From positions 1 to 25,596 of the forward strand of contig CAZVZC010000033.1 in assembly GCA_964631415.1 (NCBI GenBank): a DNA stretch of 25,596 nt. Direction: 5' to 3'. Below the pieces are notes generated by a model. It saw nothing but the letters and a program-made list of their open reading frames with translations, was not told where the DNA came from and did no database searches. Numbering within the stretch: the first letter of the stretch is position 1; the number at the start of each line of letters is the position of its first letter. The stretch is from an uncultured archaeon. Lineage in GTDB: Archaea; Asgardarchaeota; Thorarchaeia; Thorarchaeales; Thorarchaeaceae. Below, one piece after another: positions 17,140-25,534 of the stretch. A program made the translations under genes and the position numbers.

Positions 17140-17310
17140 CTAGGAGTACTTGCGGAACCCGAGCTTTACGGCTGTTTCTCTGAAACAGCGTCGGCACATG
17201 TACAGTCCGTATGAGCGGATGATAGCTTGATGCGTGCCGCACCTGAAGCAGGTACGGGCGCCCTTCCCAGCTCGCTTTCGCTCTACTTGCTCCTTCTTTG
17301 TCGTACTCAT
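17140..17310 (-). CDS. rps14: 30S ribosomal protein uS14 (zinc-binding; absent from the ORF track)
   Basis: Hand translation [56 protein letters not shown] (56 aa), between uL5 and uS8. Confidence 0.96.
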   Translation of the reverse strand: MSTTKKEQVERKRAGKGARTCFRCGTHQAIIRSYGLYMCRRCFRETAVKLGFRKYS

Positions 17311-17321
17311 CTTTGCCCACC

Positions 17322-17918
17322 TCAGAACAGATACGTGCGCTCCTTTTCCTTCTCTAGGATTTCCACTGCGAAGTCCCTCTTCACGAGCACCATACTCTCC
17401 TCCGGCGTCACTCTGTGCCGATAGGGCACCTTGGACCGCCGAATTCGGCGTCGCTTCACTCTGAACCCGCTACGTTCAAGGCAGACAGTGATGTTCATAC
17501 CATGGATTCCGAGCTGCGGGTCATACTTGACATCAGGGATGTCGATGTGTTCGCTTATGCCAAAGGCGAAATTGCCATCGAGGTCCCAGTTCTTTATCAA
17601 GAGGACGCCCTCCTTTGCCTTCAGTGCCCTTGTTAGGAACTCCTTGGCCTTCTCATGCCTCAGCGTGACTCTCACCGCGATGGGTTCGTTCTTTCTTATG
17701 CCGAAGTCTCTGATTGTCTGACGAGCCTTCGACTGAATGGGTGTCTGACCGGTCAAGTTCTTGAGTACGGTGCTAGCACGCTCAAGAGTTTCGCCGCCAC
17801 CTGAACAGATGTCTACAATCACCTTGGCGATGTAGGGCTCGCGCATCGGAAAGGCTTTCCACTCCTTGATTATCAGCTGTTCATTGGGTGTGGTAACCAA
17901 TTCGCTCGAAGTGCTCAA
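17322..17918 (-). CDS. rpl5: 50S ribosomal protein uL5
   Basis: [40 protein letters not shown]; TTG start overlapping the eS4 stop. Confidence 0.96.
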   Translation of the reverse strand: MSTSSELVTTPNEQLIIKEWKAFPMREPYIAKVIVDICSGGGETLERASTVLKNLTGQTPIQSKARQTIRDFGIRKNEPIAVRVTLRHEKAKEFLTRALKAKEGVLLIKNWDLDGNFAFGISEHIDIPDVKYDPQLGIHGMNITVCLERSGFRVKRRRIRRSKVPYRHRVTPEESMVLVKRDFAVEILEKEKERTYLF

Positions 17919-18670
17919 CTGCTTTGACCTCCTGCGGAGCCCAGGCTCACCTCAGGGCTTTGAGCGCCGAGAACAAACACATACTCCATTGCAGTTTGGA
18001 TCTTGTTCCCACTGGAGTCCTGTAGTGTTACTGTGCTAGCATGCGTTCCGAATCGCTTGTTGATCGCGAGGACCTTCCCCTCTGCGCCGACGTTCTTTCC
18101 TCTGGTCACGACTGCATAGACCCCTTCAGCGAGGGGCAGAGTCTTGATGATTTTCTGCTCAGGTATCGAGATCTTGACAGTCTCCAGAGTCTGGTGTGCC
18201 GATGGCTTCTCTCCCTCTGGGGACAGAATGCTGCGGCCATCATGGAGGGTCATCTGCAACCTTCCTCCTGCGACCGCCATCTTCTTCTCAACCCGACACA
18301 GCTTGAAGCCCGTTTCAGATTCATCGATGCTCACGAGGCGTAGTCCTCCACGTGCCTTCGGCAGCAGTCTGTACTTCTCCCCCGAGGACTTCATCTCTAT
18401 GACGTCCATTAGGCCTACGGGATATCGAGGGTTTCTGCGAGGCCTGCCATCGACCAGCAGTTCGCCCTTCGTGAGAATCCTCCTCACTTCTTGCATGTTG
18501 TCTGCAATGCCCAGCATCTCTCTGAGGAGAATGGCAAGAGTAAGACAGTCCTCCTTCCGATGAGGACCTGGAATGGGCCTCGTTGTGAACTTCGCTTCCT
18601 TCCTCTTGATTGGCCAGTGGGCCGGTGCTGGCAGACGCTTGAGGTGCTTCTTCTGACCTCCTCTTGTCAT
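17915..18670 (-). CDS. rps4e: 30S ribosomal protein eS4
   Basis: HLKRLPAPAHWPIKRK, PGPH, YPVGLMDVI, TLHDGR. Confidence 0.97.
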   Translation of the reverse strand: MTRGGQKKHLKRLPAPAHWPIKRKEAKFTTRPIPGPHRKEDCLTLAILLREMLGIADNMQEVRRILTKGELLVDGRPRRNPRYPVGLMDVIEMKSSGEKYRLLPKARGGLRLVSIDESETGFKLCRVEKKMAVAGGRLQMTLHDGRSILSPEGEKPSAHQTLETVKISIPEQKIIKTLPLAEGVYAVVTRGKNVGAEGKVLAINKRFGTHASTVTLQDSSGNKIQTAMEYVFVLGAQSPEVSLGSAGGQSS

Positions 18671-19057
18671 CTACTCACTCTCCGCTGTCTTGGCGATCTT
18701 ACGCTCGATGTACTTCTTCCTCTCATCGTTCAGTTCCAGCTTGACGAGCATCAGATTCGAAGGACTGACTGGCACGCGCGCCTCCTTGCCGTCAGACTTC
18801 GTTGTGGAGGCAGCATCGACATAGATTCTGACTGCTCGGTAGTCGACACCCGTCACCTTGCCCTCAGTGTCTCGGAATTGCCCTCTCATGATGCGTACGA
18901 GATCTCCTTTCTTCACCACCAGTGAGCGGAATCCGTACTCCTCTCTGAGCAGATCATCGAGTCGGCACTTGAGCATTCTCCTGTGCACATGTTGTGGGGA
19001 CTCACGCTGGAAGCACCGCTGCTTTCGCGGGGACTTTGAACTCACCCTGTTTGTCAT
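18671..19057 (-). CDS. rpl24: 50S ribosomal protein uL24
   Basis: SKSPRKQR, VKKGDLVRIMRG, PVSPSNLMLVKL; start trimmed to ATG 19057. Confidence 0.95.
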   Translation of the reverse strand: MTNRVSSKSPRKQRCFQRESPQHVHRRMLKCRLDDLLREEYGFRSLVVKKGDLVRIMRGQFRDTEGKVTGVDYRAVRIYVDAASTTKSDGKEARVPVSPSNLMLVKLELNDERKKYIERKIAKTAESE

Positions 19058-19068
19058 CTGGACGCACC

Positions 19069-19491
19069 TCAAACTATCTTCGAAGCTATGGCTGCTACTC
19101 GGGGCCATCTCAGGGTGACTTCTCTTGCCATCGGTCCCCTCAGCTCTGAACCTTGGGGCTCTCCGCCAACCTTTACCAGGACCGCCGCATTGTCTTCGAA
19201 CTGTATCCACGTGCCGTCAGGTCTACGGAAGGGTTTCTTCTGTCTCACCACAATCGCTTGGAGAACCTGTTTCCTCAGTTCTTGCTTGCCCTTTGTGACT
19301 GAAACGTTGACGCGGTCTCCAATGCCTGCCTTGCCTATCTTCCTCTGCTTGCCCTTGTAGCCAATTACTGTGATCACTTGGAGTTCCTTTGCACCAGAGT
19401 TGTCAGTACAGAGAATCTTGGCTCCGATGGGCAGTCCGCGTGCGATTCTCGGAATGAACTTCCTAATTCCTCTTGTGAGCTTCCTCGACAC
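19069..19491 (-). CDS. rpl14: 50S ribosomal protein uL14
   Basis: CTDNSGAK, AIVVRQKKPFRRPDG..FEDNAAV. Confidence 0.97.
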   Translation of the reverse strand: MSRKLTRGIRKFIPRIARGLPIGAKILCTDNSGAKELQVITVIGYKGKQRKIGKAGIGDRVNVSVTKGKQELRKQVLQAIVVRQKKPFRRPDGTWIQFEDNAAVLVKVGGEPQGSELRGPMAREVTLRWPRVAAIASKIV

Positions 19492-19494
19492 CGT

Positions 19495-19860
19495 CTATTC
19501 CTCCTGAGTGGCTCCTGGTCGTGTCACTGAGATGACGACACATCTGATTGTCTTGCTCAGTGGACGGCACTCTGCCACCTTCACGATGTCTCCCACTTGT
19601 GCCTCCATACACTGTGGGAGGTGGGCATGCTTCTTTGACCTACGACGTTCATATCGTGAGTACTTCTTTACAAGACTGAGATAGTCCGTTCTGAATGTAA
19701 GTGCGTCATGCATTTCTGTACTGGTCACTACACCCTGCATGAAGCGACCTCTAACGGGAAGGCTCCCGTGGAATGGACACTGCTGATCGGTACAAGTCTT
19801 CTCAGGTGGTTCTATCCCGGCGACGCCTATGTTACGTACCTTCTGAGTGCTTCTTGGCAT
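19495..19860 (-). CDS. rps17: 30S ribosomal protein uS17
   Basis: RNIG, CTDQQCPFHGSLPVRG, KYSRYERR, ECRPLSKT; start is ATG 19860 or GTG 19866. Confidence 0.96.
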   Translation of the reverse strand: MPRSTQKVRNIGVAGIEPPEKTCTDQQCPFHGSLPVRGRFMQGVVTSTEMHDALTFRTDYLSLVKKYSRYERRRSKKHAHLPQCMEAQVGDIVKVAECRPLSKTIRCVVISVTRPGATQEE

Positions 19861-19862
19861 CT

Positions 19863-20147
19863 TCACAGCTTCCTCCTTGGGGACCTCTTGACTCGCTCTT
19901 CGGGTCGTCCTCTCAGTACTCTGCCATCAACATTGACGAGCTCGCCGCTAGGCAGCATCATGCTCAGGACACACACCCTCTTCGGCAGTGTGATTTCGTT
20001 TCTACCCGTGTCAAGTCGAATCGTTTCTTTTGACTCATCGACTACTGTTCCTTTTCTGCACACGAGAGTTGGGTCACTCGAGCTGACAACGTGTACGCTC
20101 ATGCCCACGAGCTCATGTCTGATCAGATTCCTAGCTTTGATTGTCAT
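19863..20147 (-). CDS. rnp1: ribonuclease P protein subunit Rpp29/Pop4
   Basis: NLIRHELVGM, GTVVDESK, LPK, GRPEER; canonical position between uL29 and uS17. Confidence 0.93.
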   Translation of the reverse strand: MTIKARNLIRHELVGMSVHVVSSSDPTLVCRKGTVVDESKETIRLDTGRNEITLPKRVCVLSMMLPSGELVNVDGRVLRGRPEERVKRSPRRKL

Positions 20148-20356
20148 TGTCCGCCCCCCATTTCCTCTTCGTGTTGGACTGTCTTGACACGTGCTATAGC
20201 TTTTCTCACAGATCGTGTCCTGTGTGGGTTGTCAGTTCCACCGCCAGTCGCCAGCTGGATTCGAACGTTCGTCAATTCATTATAGAGATCCTCGAGTTTC
20301 TTCTGGCGCTCGGGGGGAGTCAGCTTCCTGATGTCCTTGGGTGTCAGTCTTGCCAT
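20144..20356 (-). CDS. rpl29: 50S ribosomal protein uL29
   Basis: DIRKLT..ER..KL..L..EL, NP..RSVRKAIARVKT. Confidence 0.94.
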   Translation of the reverse strand: MARLTPKDIRKLTPPERQKKLEDLYNELTNVRIQLATGGGTDNPHRTRSVRKAIARVKTVQHEEEMGGGQ

Positions 20357-20359
20357 CTC

Positions 20360-21253
20360 TTACCCCTCCTCTTCGTCAAGGCCATCGAGTTCGTCGAGGT
20401 CCTCTACTGTTTCATCCTTCTCGGTTGTGGTGCTGCTTGTTGGGGTTTCATCATGGACTGCGGGAGGACTCTCCCGTTGCGGTTTCGGTGGTTTCTTCTC
20501 CTTACCCTCCCCCTCGACCAGTTCCAACCCGTCGAGTTCCTCGAGTTCGCGCAGTTCCTCGATGTCTGTGATCCCTTCTAGGCCTTCCTCAATGGCCTTC
20601 TCTTCCGCACCCTCTGCCTTCTCCCCTGCGGCCGCGGCTTCCATCGGCTTCTTGGCCTTTGGCTTCTTCACATGGATGATGCCCGGTATCTTGGCATCTG
20701 GCCGCATTATTCTGACCTTGACGCCAATTGTGCCAGGCTTGAGGACGGCGAAATCGCATGCCTCATCAACAAAGAGTTCTGAGGGTCGTCCTGTCTTTGC
20801 AACAGTGGCCTCTCTGAACTTCTGGCATCTGGCTCGTCTGCTCCCGAGTTTGCCTTTCACGATTATCTCACAGCCGAGTGCTCCTGCCCGCATGACTCGT
20901 CTGAGAATCCAGTAGGCCATTCTACGGTAGCGCACTCCGTGCTCAAGCTGCCTTGCCAGTTTTGATGCCATCACCTGAGCACTGAGCCATGGGTTCTCAA
21001 TCTCAGTCACTTCGACTTGGACGTTGTCGATTCCATACTCTGTTTCGAGGGCGTAGCTGAGGTCTCTGATCTTGGCTCCACGGCGGCCAATCACTACTCC
21101 GGGTCGAGACGCTTGGATGACAACTTCTGTTCTCATCGGCATCTTCCTAATCTCCACACCACCATATCCCGCAGCATTGAGCTCTTTTGCCAAGAACTCA
21201 TCGACCTTGAGCTTGCGTGTGTTCTGTTCAATGAAGTACTTGATTGCAGACAC
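20360..21253 (-). CDS. rps3: 30S ribosomal protein uS3 with acidic C-terminal extension
   Basis: AGYGG, RPGVVIGRRG KH motif, AGALGCEIIVKGKL, GTIGVKVRIM. Confidence 0.97.
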   Translation of the reverse strand: MSAIKYFIEQNTRKLKVDEFLAKELNAAGYGGVEIRKMPMRTEVVIQASRPGVVIGRRGAKIRDLSYALETEYGIDNVQVEVTEIENPWLSAQVMASKLARQLEHGVRYRRMAYWILRRVMRAGALGCEIIVKGKLGSRRARCQKFREATVAKTGRPSELFVDEACDFAVLKPGTIGVKVRIMRPDAKIPGIIHVKKPKAKKPMEAAAAGEKAEGAEEKAIEEGLEGITDIEELRELEELDGLELVEGEGKEKKPPKPQRESPPAVHDETPTSSTTTEKDETVEDLDELDGLDEEEG

Positions 21254-21718
21254 CTACGCTACCTCCTCAAGCACAATCTCGACATGGGACGATTCCTCGT
21301 TGTAGGCAGAGCTTCTTCCGAAGGCCCTCGGTATGAAGTTCTCGAACACCCTGCCCTTCTGAGTGACTGCATGTACAATCTTGAGCCTGTCAATGTCAAG
21401 GCCCTTGCTGTCAGCATTGCTCTCTGCATTCTTCAAGACTCTGAGAATCTGAGTTGCCGCATTCACCGGGTGTCCTCCGATGGGCCACTTATTCATCGCT
21501 GGGTGATGTCCCCTTCCCTTGCTGAAGCGTCTGTATGGAATCCATGCCTTCTGCTCAATCACACTCTCAAGGAGTTCGGTTGCTTTATCGAGCATCATGC
21601 CTCGGATAGTCTTGCAGATCTCCCTGGAATGCTTCGGAGAGCATCGCATGTTCCTGCCGCTAGCTATAGCTGTTTTGTCGGGGTCAAGCCCGAGTACGGA
21701 GTATCGATACGTCGGCAT
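21254..21718 (-). CDS. rpl22: 50S ribosomal protein uL22
   Basis: SPKHSREIC, LKNAESNA..KGLD, PRAFGR, HVEIVLEE. Confidence 0.96.
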   Translation of the reverse strand: MPTYRYSVLGLDPDKTAIASGRNMRCSPKHSREICKTIRGMMLDKATELLESVIEQKAWIPYRRFSKGRGHHPAMNKWPIGGHPVNAATQILRVLKNAESNADSKGLDIDRLKIVHAVTQKGRVFENFIPRAFGRSSAYNEESSHVEIVLEEVA

Positions 21719-21912
21719 CGTACTTCACTTCCGGTGTGGCGATTGCTGTCAACGTTTCGCAGTCAATTGCCTGCACGTTGTCAGCGAGTTTGCGCGCTCA
21801 ACAGACCACTCTAAGGCTCCACCGGCACACGTCTGCAGACCGTTCTCGCGAGCAGAACCAGAGGCCTGCACTGGCTCCGAAGCCCTGAAGCAGTCGTTTC
21901 AGCGAGCGACTG
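21719..21912 (-). promoter_or_regulatory. structured 5' leader of the uL22 operon (candidate ribosomal leader)
   Basis: About 190 nt between the predicted transcription start and the uL22 ATG, containing several helices (see findings). Confidence 0.5.
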
Positions 21913-21932
21913 ACAGTCCCCGACCGGTTCAT

Positions 21933-21942
21933 CTTTTAAACA
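21933..21942 (-). promoter_or_regulatory. putative TATA box for the uL22...uL15 operon
   Basis: TGTTTAAAAG, identical to the motif upstream of eL34. Confidence 0.6.
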
Positions 21943-21996
21943 TTGTCACCCGGCGAACTCCTACTCCATGATCCTATCGACTCTTGGGCTGGATGT

Positions 21997-22386
21997 TCAG
22001 GGATTGTCGCCAAACTCAGCCGTCACTCTTCGCAGGGCTGAGCGTTTCACTGAACTGTGAATCAGATCAACACCTGACTCTGTGAGTGTTCCCTTCACAA
22101 AGTGGACTCCGGCAGACAAGATGTACACAAGGCCATGCTGTTTCAGCCTCTGAAGGCTACCCAAGACGATTTGTGTCAGCTCCTCGTCTGACATCTCAAA
22201 TCCCTTGCCCGGCGTTTGCATTGCCTCGCACATCCTGAGGACTGCCTTCATGCTGCTGAGCTGACGCCGATTGCTGTCGTAGGGATTGGTGAATAGCCAC
22301 AGAAGCACGATGAGATCAACGATACTGAGTCCGATGTCGGGGTTCGATTCAAGTGTCCTTTTGGCGACAAGTTCAACGATTGGCAT
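21997..22386 (-). CDS. hypothetical protein, winged-helix-like C-terminus
   Basis: ORF with LQRLKQHGLV...GTLTESG pattern; start is ATG 22386 or 22407. Confidence 0.7.
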   Translation of the reverse strand: MPIVELVAKRTLESNPDIGLSIVDLIVLLWLFTNPYDSNRRQLSSMKAVLRMCEAMQTPGKGFEMSDEELTQIVLGSLQRLKQHGLVYILSAGVHFVKGTLTESGVDLIHSSVKRSALRRVTAEFGDNP

Positions 22387-22434
22387 TGGACTCACTACCT
22401 GCTGCATCTGCCAGCTCTGAGTTTGGTCTGGCTC

Positions 22435-23145
22435 TCATACAATGCTCACTACCCCCGGTCTGGGCTCGAAGATGGCTCCTGACTGCATCAGCTTGTCCAG
22501 AGAGTCTTCGACCGACGTCTGGTTGACTCCCCTTGCTTCAAACCGGCTAAGTATCTCCTTGACGGAGGAAGTGCCACCAGCCTCTCTCAGGGTTGCAAGG
22601 ATTTCACGACTTACGTCTGTCTTCTTGGGGGTCTTCTCCGTCTTCTTCTCTGACGACTGAACAATCTGCACTGTCCATGGGCGGGGGAACACCAAGAGCC
22701 CAGTGTCAGCGAGTTTCAGCAGTTCATCTTCAACCCAGAACCATTCCAGCTTGTATTCTCTGCAAAGTTCGGAAATGTGGTCGAGAGAGCATGGCTTGTC
22801 CCTTGCCTCCCTTTCCAGCATTTCCATAAGCATCTTCCTTTTTCCTACATGCACAGGGGCCTCGCCCTTGGACGAGATGTCCTCTACCCCTATGATTGTG
22901 CTGGGCATGAGGGCTCTGACCCTGTCCTTGGATCGTTCGACGGCTGCCAAGAACTCGTTGTCACCTCTCGTGTTGAACTCCCTCACTGCGGCCGATGCTG
23001 CGTCGGGGGTATCGAATACAGCACACAGAGCCTTGGTGATGTCGATTATCTTTCCGCAGTAGCTGCACCTTCGGTGCTTCTGACCTGCGGGAGCGTTTGT
23101 GAAATGCTTACATTGAGGGCACGCAAAGACGAGGAACGATATCAC
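22435..23145 (-). CDS. zinc-ribbon (DUF1922-like) protein with winged-helix domains
   Basis: N-terminal CPQC...CSYCG; two wHTH-like ends, ELLKLADTGLLVFPRP and SLDKLMQSGAIFEPRPG; TTATATA box upstream (about 23187-23193). Confidence 0.75.
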   Translation of the reverse strand: MISFLVFACPQCKHFTNAPAGQKHRRCSYCGKIIDITKALCAVFDTPDAASAAVREFNTRGDNEFLAAVERSKDRVRALMPSTIIGVEDISSKGEAPVHVGKRKMLMEMLEREARDKPCSLDHISELCREYKLEWFWVEDELLKLADTGLLVFPRPWTVQIVQSSEKKTEKTPKKTDVSREILATLREAGGTSSVKEILSRFEARGVNQTSVEDSLDKLMQSGAIFEPRPGVVSIV

Positions 23146-23260
23146 CGGTCGAACACCTGCCTTCCGCTTTCATGTTCTCAGTTCGCTATATAATGGATGC
23201 TCTTGGACGGATGAATACGATTATATCACGACCAGCCCAAGCTCGGGCCGGGGACTTGTC

Positions 23261-23479
23261 ATGCCAAAGAAAGCTCGGCAGATTGTCATCAATCCAAAGC
23301 TGTGCAAGGGGTGCGGCATCTGCATCTCAATTTGTCCCCAAAAGGTTCTAGACAAGTCCAAGAAAGTCGACAACCGTGGCTATGTGCTCCCGATTGTGAT
23401 TGACCTAGATGCATGCCGTGTCTGCCGTCTTTGCGAGATTGAGTGCCCAGACTTCGCCATCAGCGTGGTCGCGGACTAA
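23261..23479 (+). CDS. 2[4Fe-4S] ferredoxin (KorD/delta-subunit-like)
   Basis: CKGCGICISICP and CRVCRLCEIECPDFAI; TTATAT 40 nt upstream. Confidence 0.93.
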   Translation: MPKKARQIVINPKLCKGCGICISICPQKVLDKSKKVDNRGYVLPIVIDLDACRVCRLCEIECPDFAISVVAD

Positions 23480-23614
23480 ATCGTTTCTTGTGTTAGCTCG
23501 TCGTTTTCCATATTGCTCGCATTACCCCCATGCCCAGAATCCCATAATACACGGAAAGATATACATCCAGCACACGACTTAGTGATTACTGAGTCAAGGT
23601 TAGCGGTGTTTCAC

Positions 23615-24202
23615 TTGGAGGACCCACGGATAAGGACCCTTCTTGAGCTCAGGAAGGATCTCGAAGAGGAAATCGACAGGCTCAGAGATAGAGCTGACAA
23701 GCTGGAATCCTTCATTCAAGCACTCGATGCGACGATTGGTGTAGGCAGTTTCGCGACTGCAGACACAGCATTGGGACGGACTGCGGAAGTCCCGGCTGTG
23801 GCTCCCACAGCTAAGGCCGCCCGCCCGACGCCGCCCGCCGCACCGGAGCCGCCGAAGTCGATCATCGTGATGAACAAGGCACGGGACTTGGAACTGGCGA
23901 GGATAGAGACCAATGACCGGGATCTGAGGATAATCCCTGCTGCACATGCATCATACGATATCAAGAGGGGCGCCTTTGCTCGTTTCTTCGTTGAGAGGAT
24001 TCTGGGTCTCTTCCAGCAAGAAGACAGGCACAGGGTGGAGAATGAAGAGATTGAGTGGGACGATGCCTTCGACTTCGAGGTGCGAACAGAGGACGGTATC
24101 CTAGAAGAGGTCGTCGTCAAGAACTATGGGGGCGAAAGCCGGCTCGCCGAGATTGAACGCGCTCTGCGATGGGCTTTGGAGAAGACCTATCGCGCTCGCT
24201 AG
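23615..24202 (+). CDS. hypothetical protein with N-terminal coiled coil
   Basis: Heptad LLELRKDLEEEIDRLRDRADKLESFIQAL, Pro/Ala linker, globular C-terminal domain; likely start TTG 23615 or GTG 23606. Confidence 0.75.
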   Translation: MEDPRIRTLLELRKDLEEEIDRLRDRADKLESFIQALDATIGVGSFATADTALGRTAEVPAVAPTAKAARPTPPAAPEPPKSIIVMNKARDLELARIETNDRDLRIIPAAHASYDIKRGAFARFFVERILGLFQQEDRHRVENEEIEWDDAFDFEVRTEDGILEEVVVKNYGGESRLAEIERALRWALEKTYRAR

Positions 24203-24312
24203 ATTCTAAGCGTGTTTCGTCTGCACACCCCATCTTCGCATGCACAAGCGATATATTCAACTGCCTCTCCACACTCGCCAGAGCCAGATCCACGGCCCGG
24301 AGTTGTTGCATT

Positions 24313-24936
24313 ATGCTCGATACCAAGAACGAGAGCGTGATGGTCAGTCCTCAGGTCGTGGTTGACCAAGTGAGGGAGGCGCACGAGTTCTACGCCGAAC
24401 ACAAGGTCGACGAAAGGTACGAGCTAATGGCACTTGATATTGTGCGTAGGTATGTGTCCAAAGAGGGTCCCGCTCGGGAACCAGAACCCTTGCACGGAGC
24501 GGCCCTGTATGTCGTTACTAGACACCCTTGGAGCCATCCAAATCCTCTCACAAAGACTGAGTTTGCGGCCAAGCTACGGATGAAGGAGTCCAGCCTAGAG
24601 TGGTATACTGACAGCATAGTGGAGAAACTAGGCTTCACTATCCTTCATGACAAAGGGCAGCTGCCATTCTTCATAGACCCGTTGGGCACCATTGCCAGTG
24701 TCGTTGACTCCGTTGTCAGGACTAGCGTGAGCGAAGAGGTTGTGAGAAGCATCGTCAGGGGCACTGTCGTTTCGCCACACGAACTCGCAGAGAGGATTGT
24801 CGACCGGCTCTGCAGCGTTGTCAAGATAATCCCAGACGTCTTCGAGCAGGAACTATACGGCGTGGTCGAACGTAAGATAGAGGACGAGAGCAAGAGGCTG
24901 CTCCACGAGTTGGGCGGTCGCAATCAACCAGTCTAG
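24313..24936 (+). CDS. hypothetical protein with TFB/TFIIB cyclin-repeat-like segment
   Basis: PEPLHGAALY...LTKTEFAAKLRMKESSLEWYTDSIVEKLG resembles the TFB C-terminal cyclin/HTH repeat; ATATATT upstream. Confidence 0.7.
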   Translation: MLDTKNESVMVSPQVVVDQVREAHEFYAEHKVDERYELMALDIVRRYVSKEGPAREPEPLHGAALYVVTRHPWSHPNPLTKTEFAAKLRMKESSLEWYTDSIVEKLGFTILHDKGQLPFFIDPLGTIASVVDSVVRTSVSEEVVRSIVRGTVVSPHELAERIVDRLCSVVKIIPDVFEQELYGVVERKIEDESKRLLHELGGRNQPV

Positions 24937-25199
24937 AAGTCGTCGAAACCAAGAAGCATTCTATACGCCGCGTGTCTACTGTAACGATCTGACCGACTGA
25001 TTGTACTCGAGAACTCTCTCACACTGTTTCTGATAGCCAACTTGATGGACGTTGGATGACTCAGACTTTGAGCAATGTCAAGACGCGCGCTTTGTCGAAT
25101 GAGGAGATAATCTTCCCGAATCCTTATAATGGAAATCGGTCATGCCATGAGCGACCTCTGGCCGAGGTCGCCGGGAAGCAATGAGGAAGGGACGCAAAG

Positions 25200-25517
25200 A
25201 TGAAGCAGGCTAGGCTGACAGACCGTCCGGTAGCATCCACATCCGGTTCCGGTCCTGACAATGTTTCTCGGAAGGCGTCTGACACATCCACATTCCGAAT
25301 TGACATTGAAGGTATCAACTTCAAGAACGATGCTCTGTGGCCATTCCTTGTTGAAACTGTAAAGAGGAATCCTCTGTACGCAGGTCTGATTGGATACACA
25401 CGTGAGAAGGTGCTTCCCAGCGAGCCGAATATCACCGTGAGAGAGCTGGCAAGCAAGCTGTCGATATCTCCCGGCGAGGCCATGGTCCTGTTGGTTGAGT
25501 CCCAGTCTGAGAAGTGA
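25200..25517 (+). CDS. hypothetical protein with HTH-like C-terminus
   Basis: ITVRELASKLSISPGEA; TTATAAT at about 25124-25130 and an 8-bp hairpin (25151-25171) in the presumed leader. Confidence 0.65.
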   Translation: MKQARLTDRPVASTSGSGPDNVSRKASDTSTFRIDIEGINFKNDALWPFLVETVKRNPLYAGLIGYTREKVLPSEPNITVRELASKLSISPGEAMVLLVESQSEK

Positions 25518-25534
25518 CTACTTGGTCTGCATGC

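Noticed and set aside
12900-21900. Long plus-strand ORFs antisense to ribosomal protein genes (e.g. 13287-13937, 21017-21814)
   Set aside because: Shadow ORFs of conserved minus-strand genes, with no recognisable motifs
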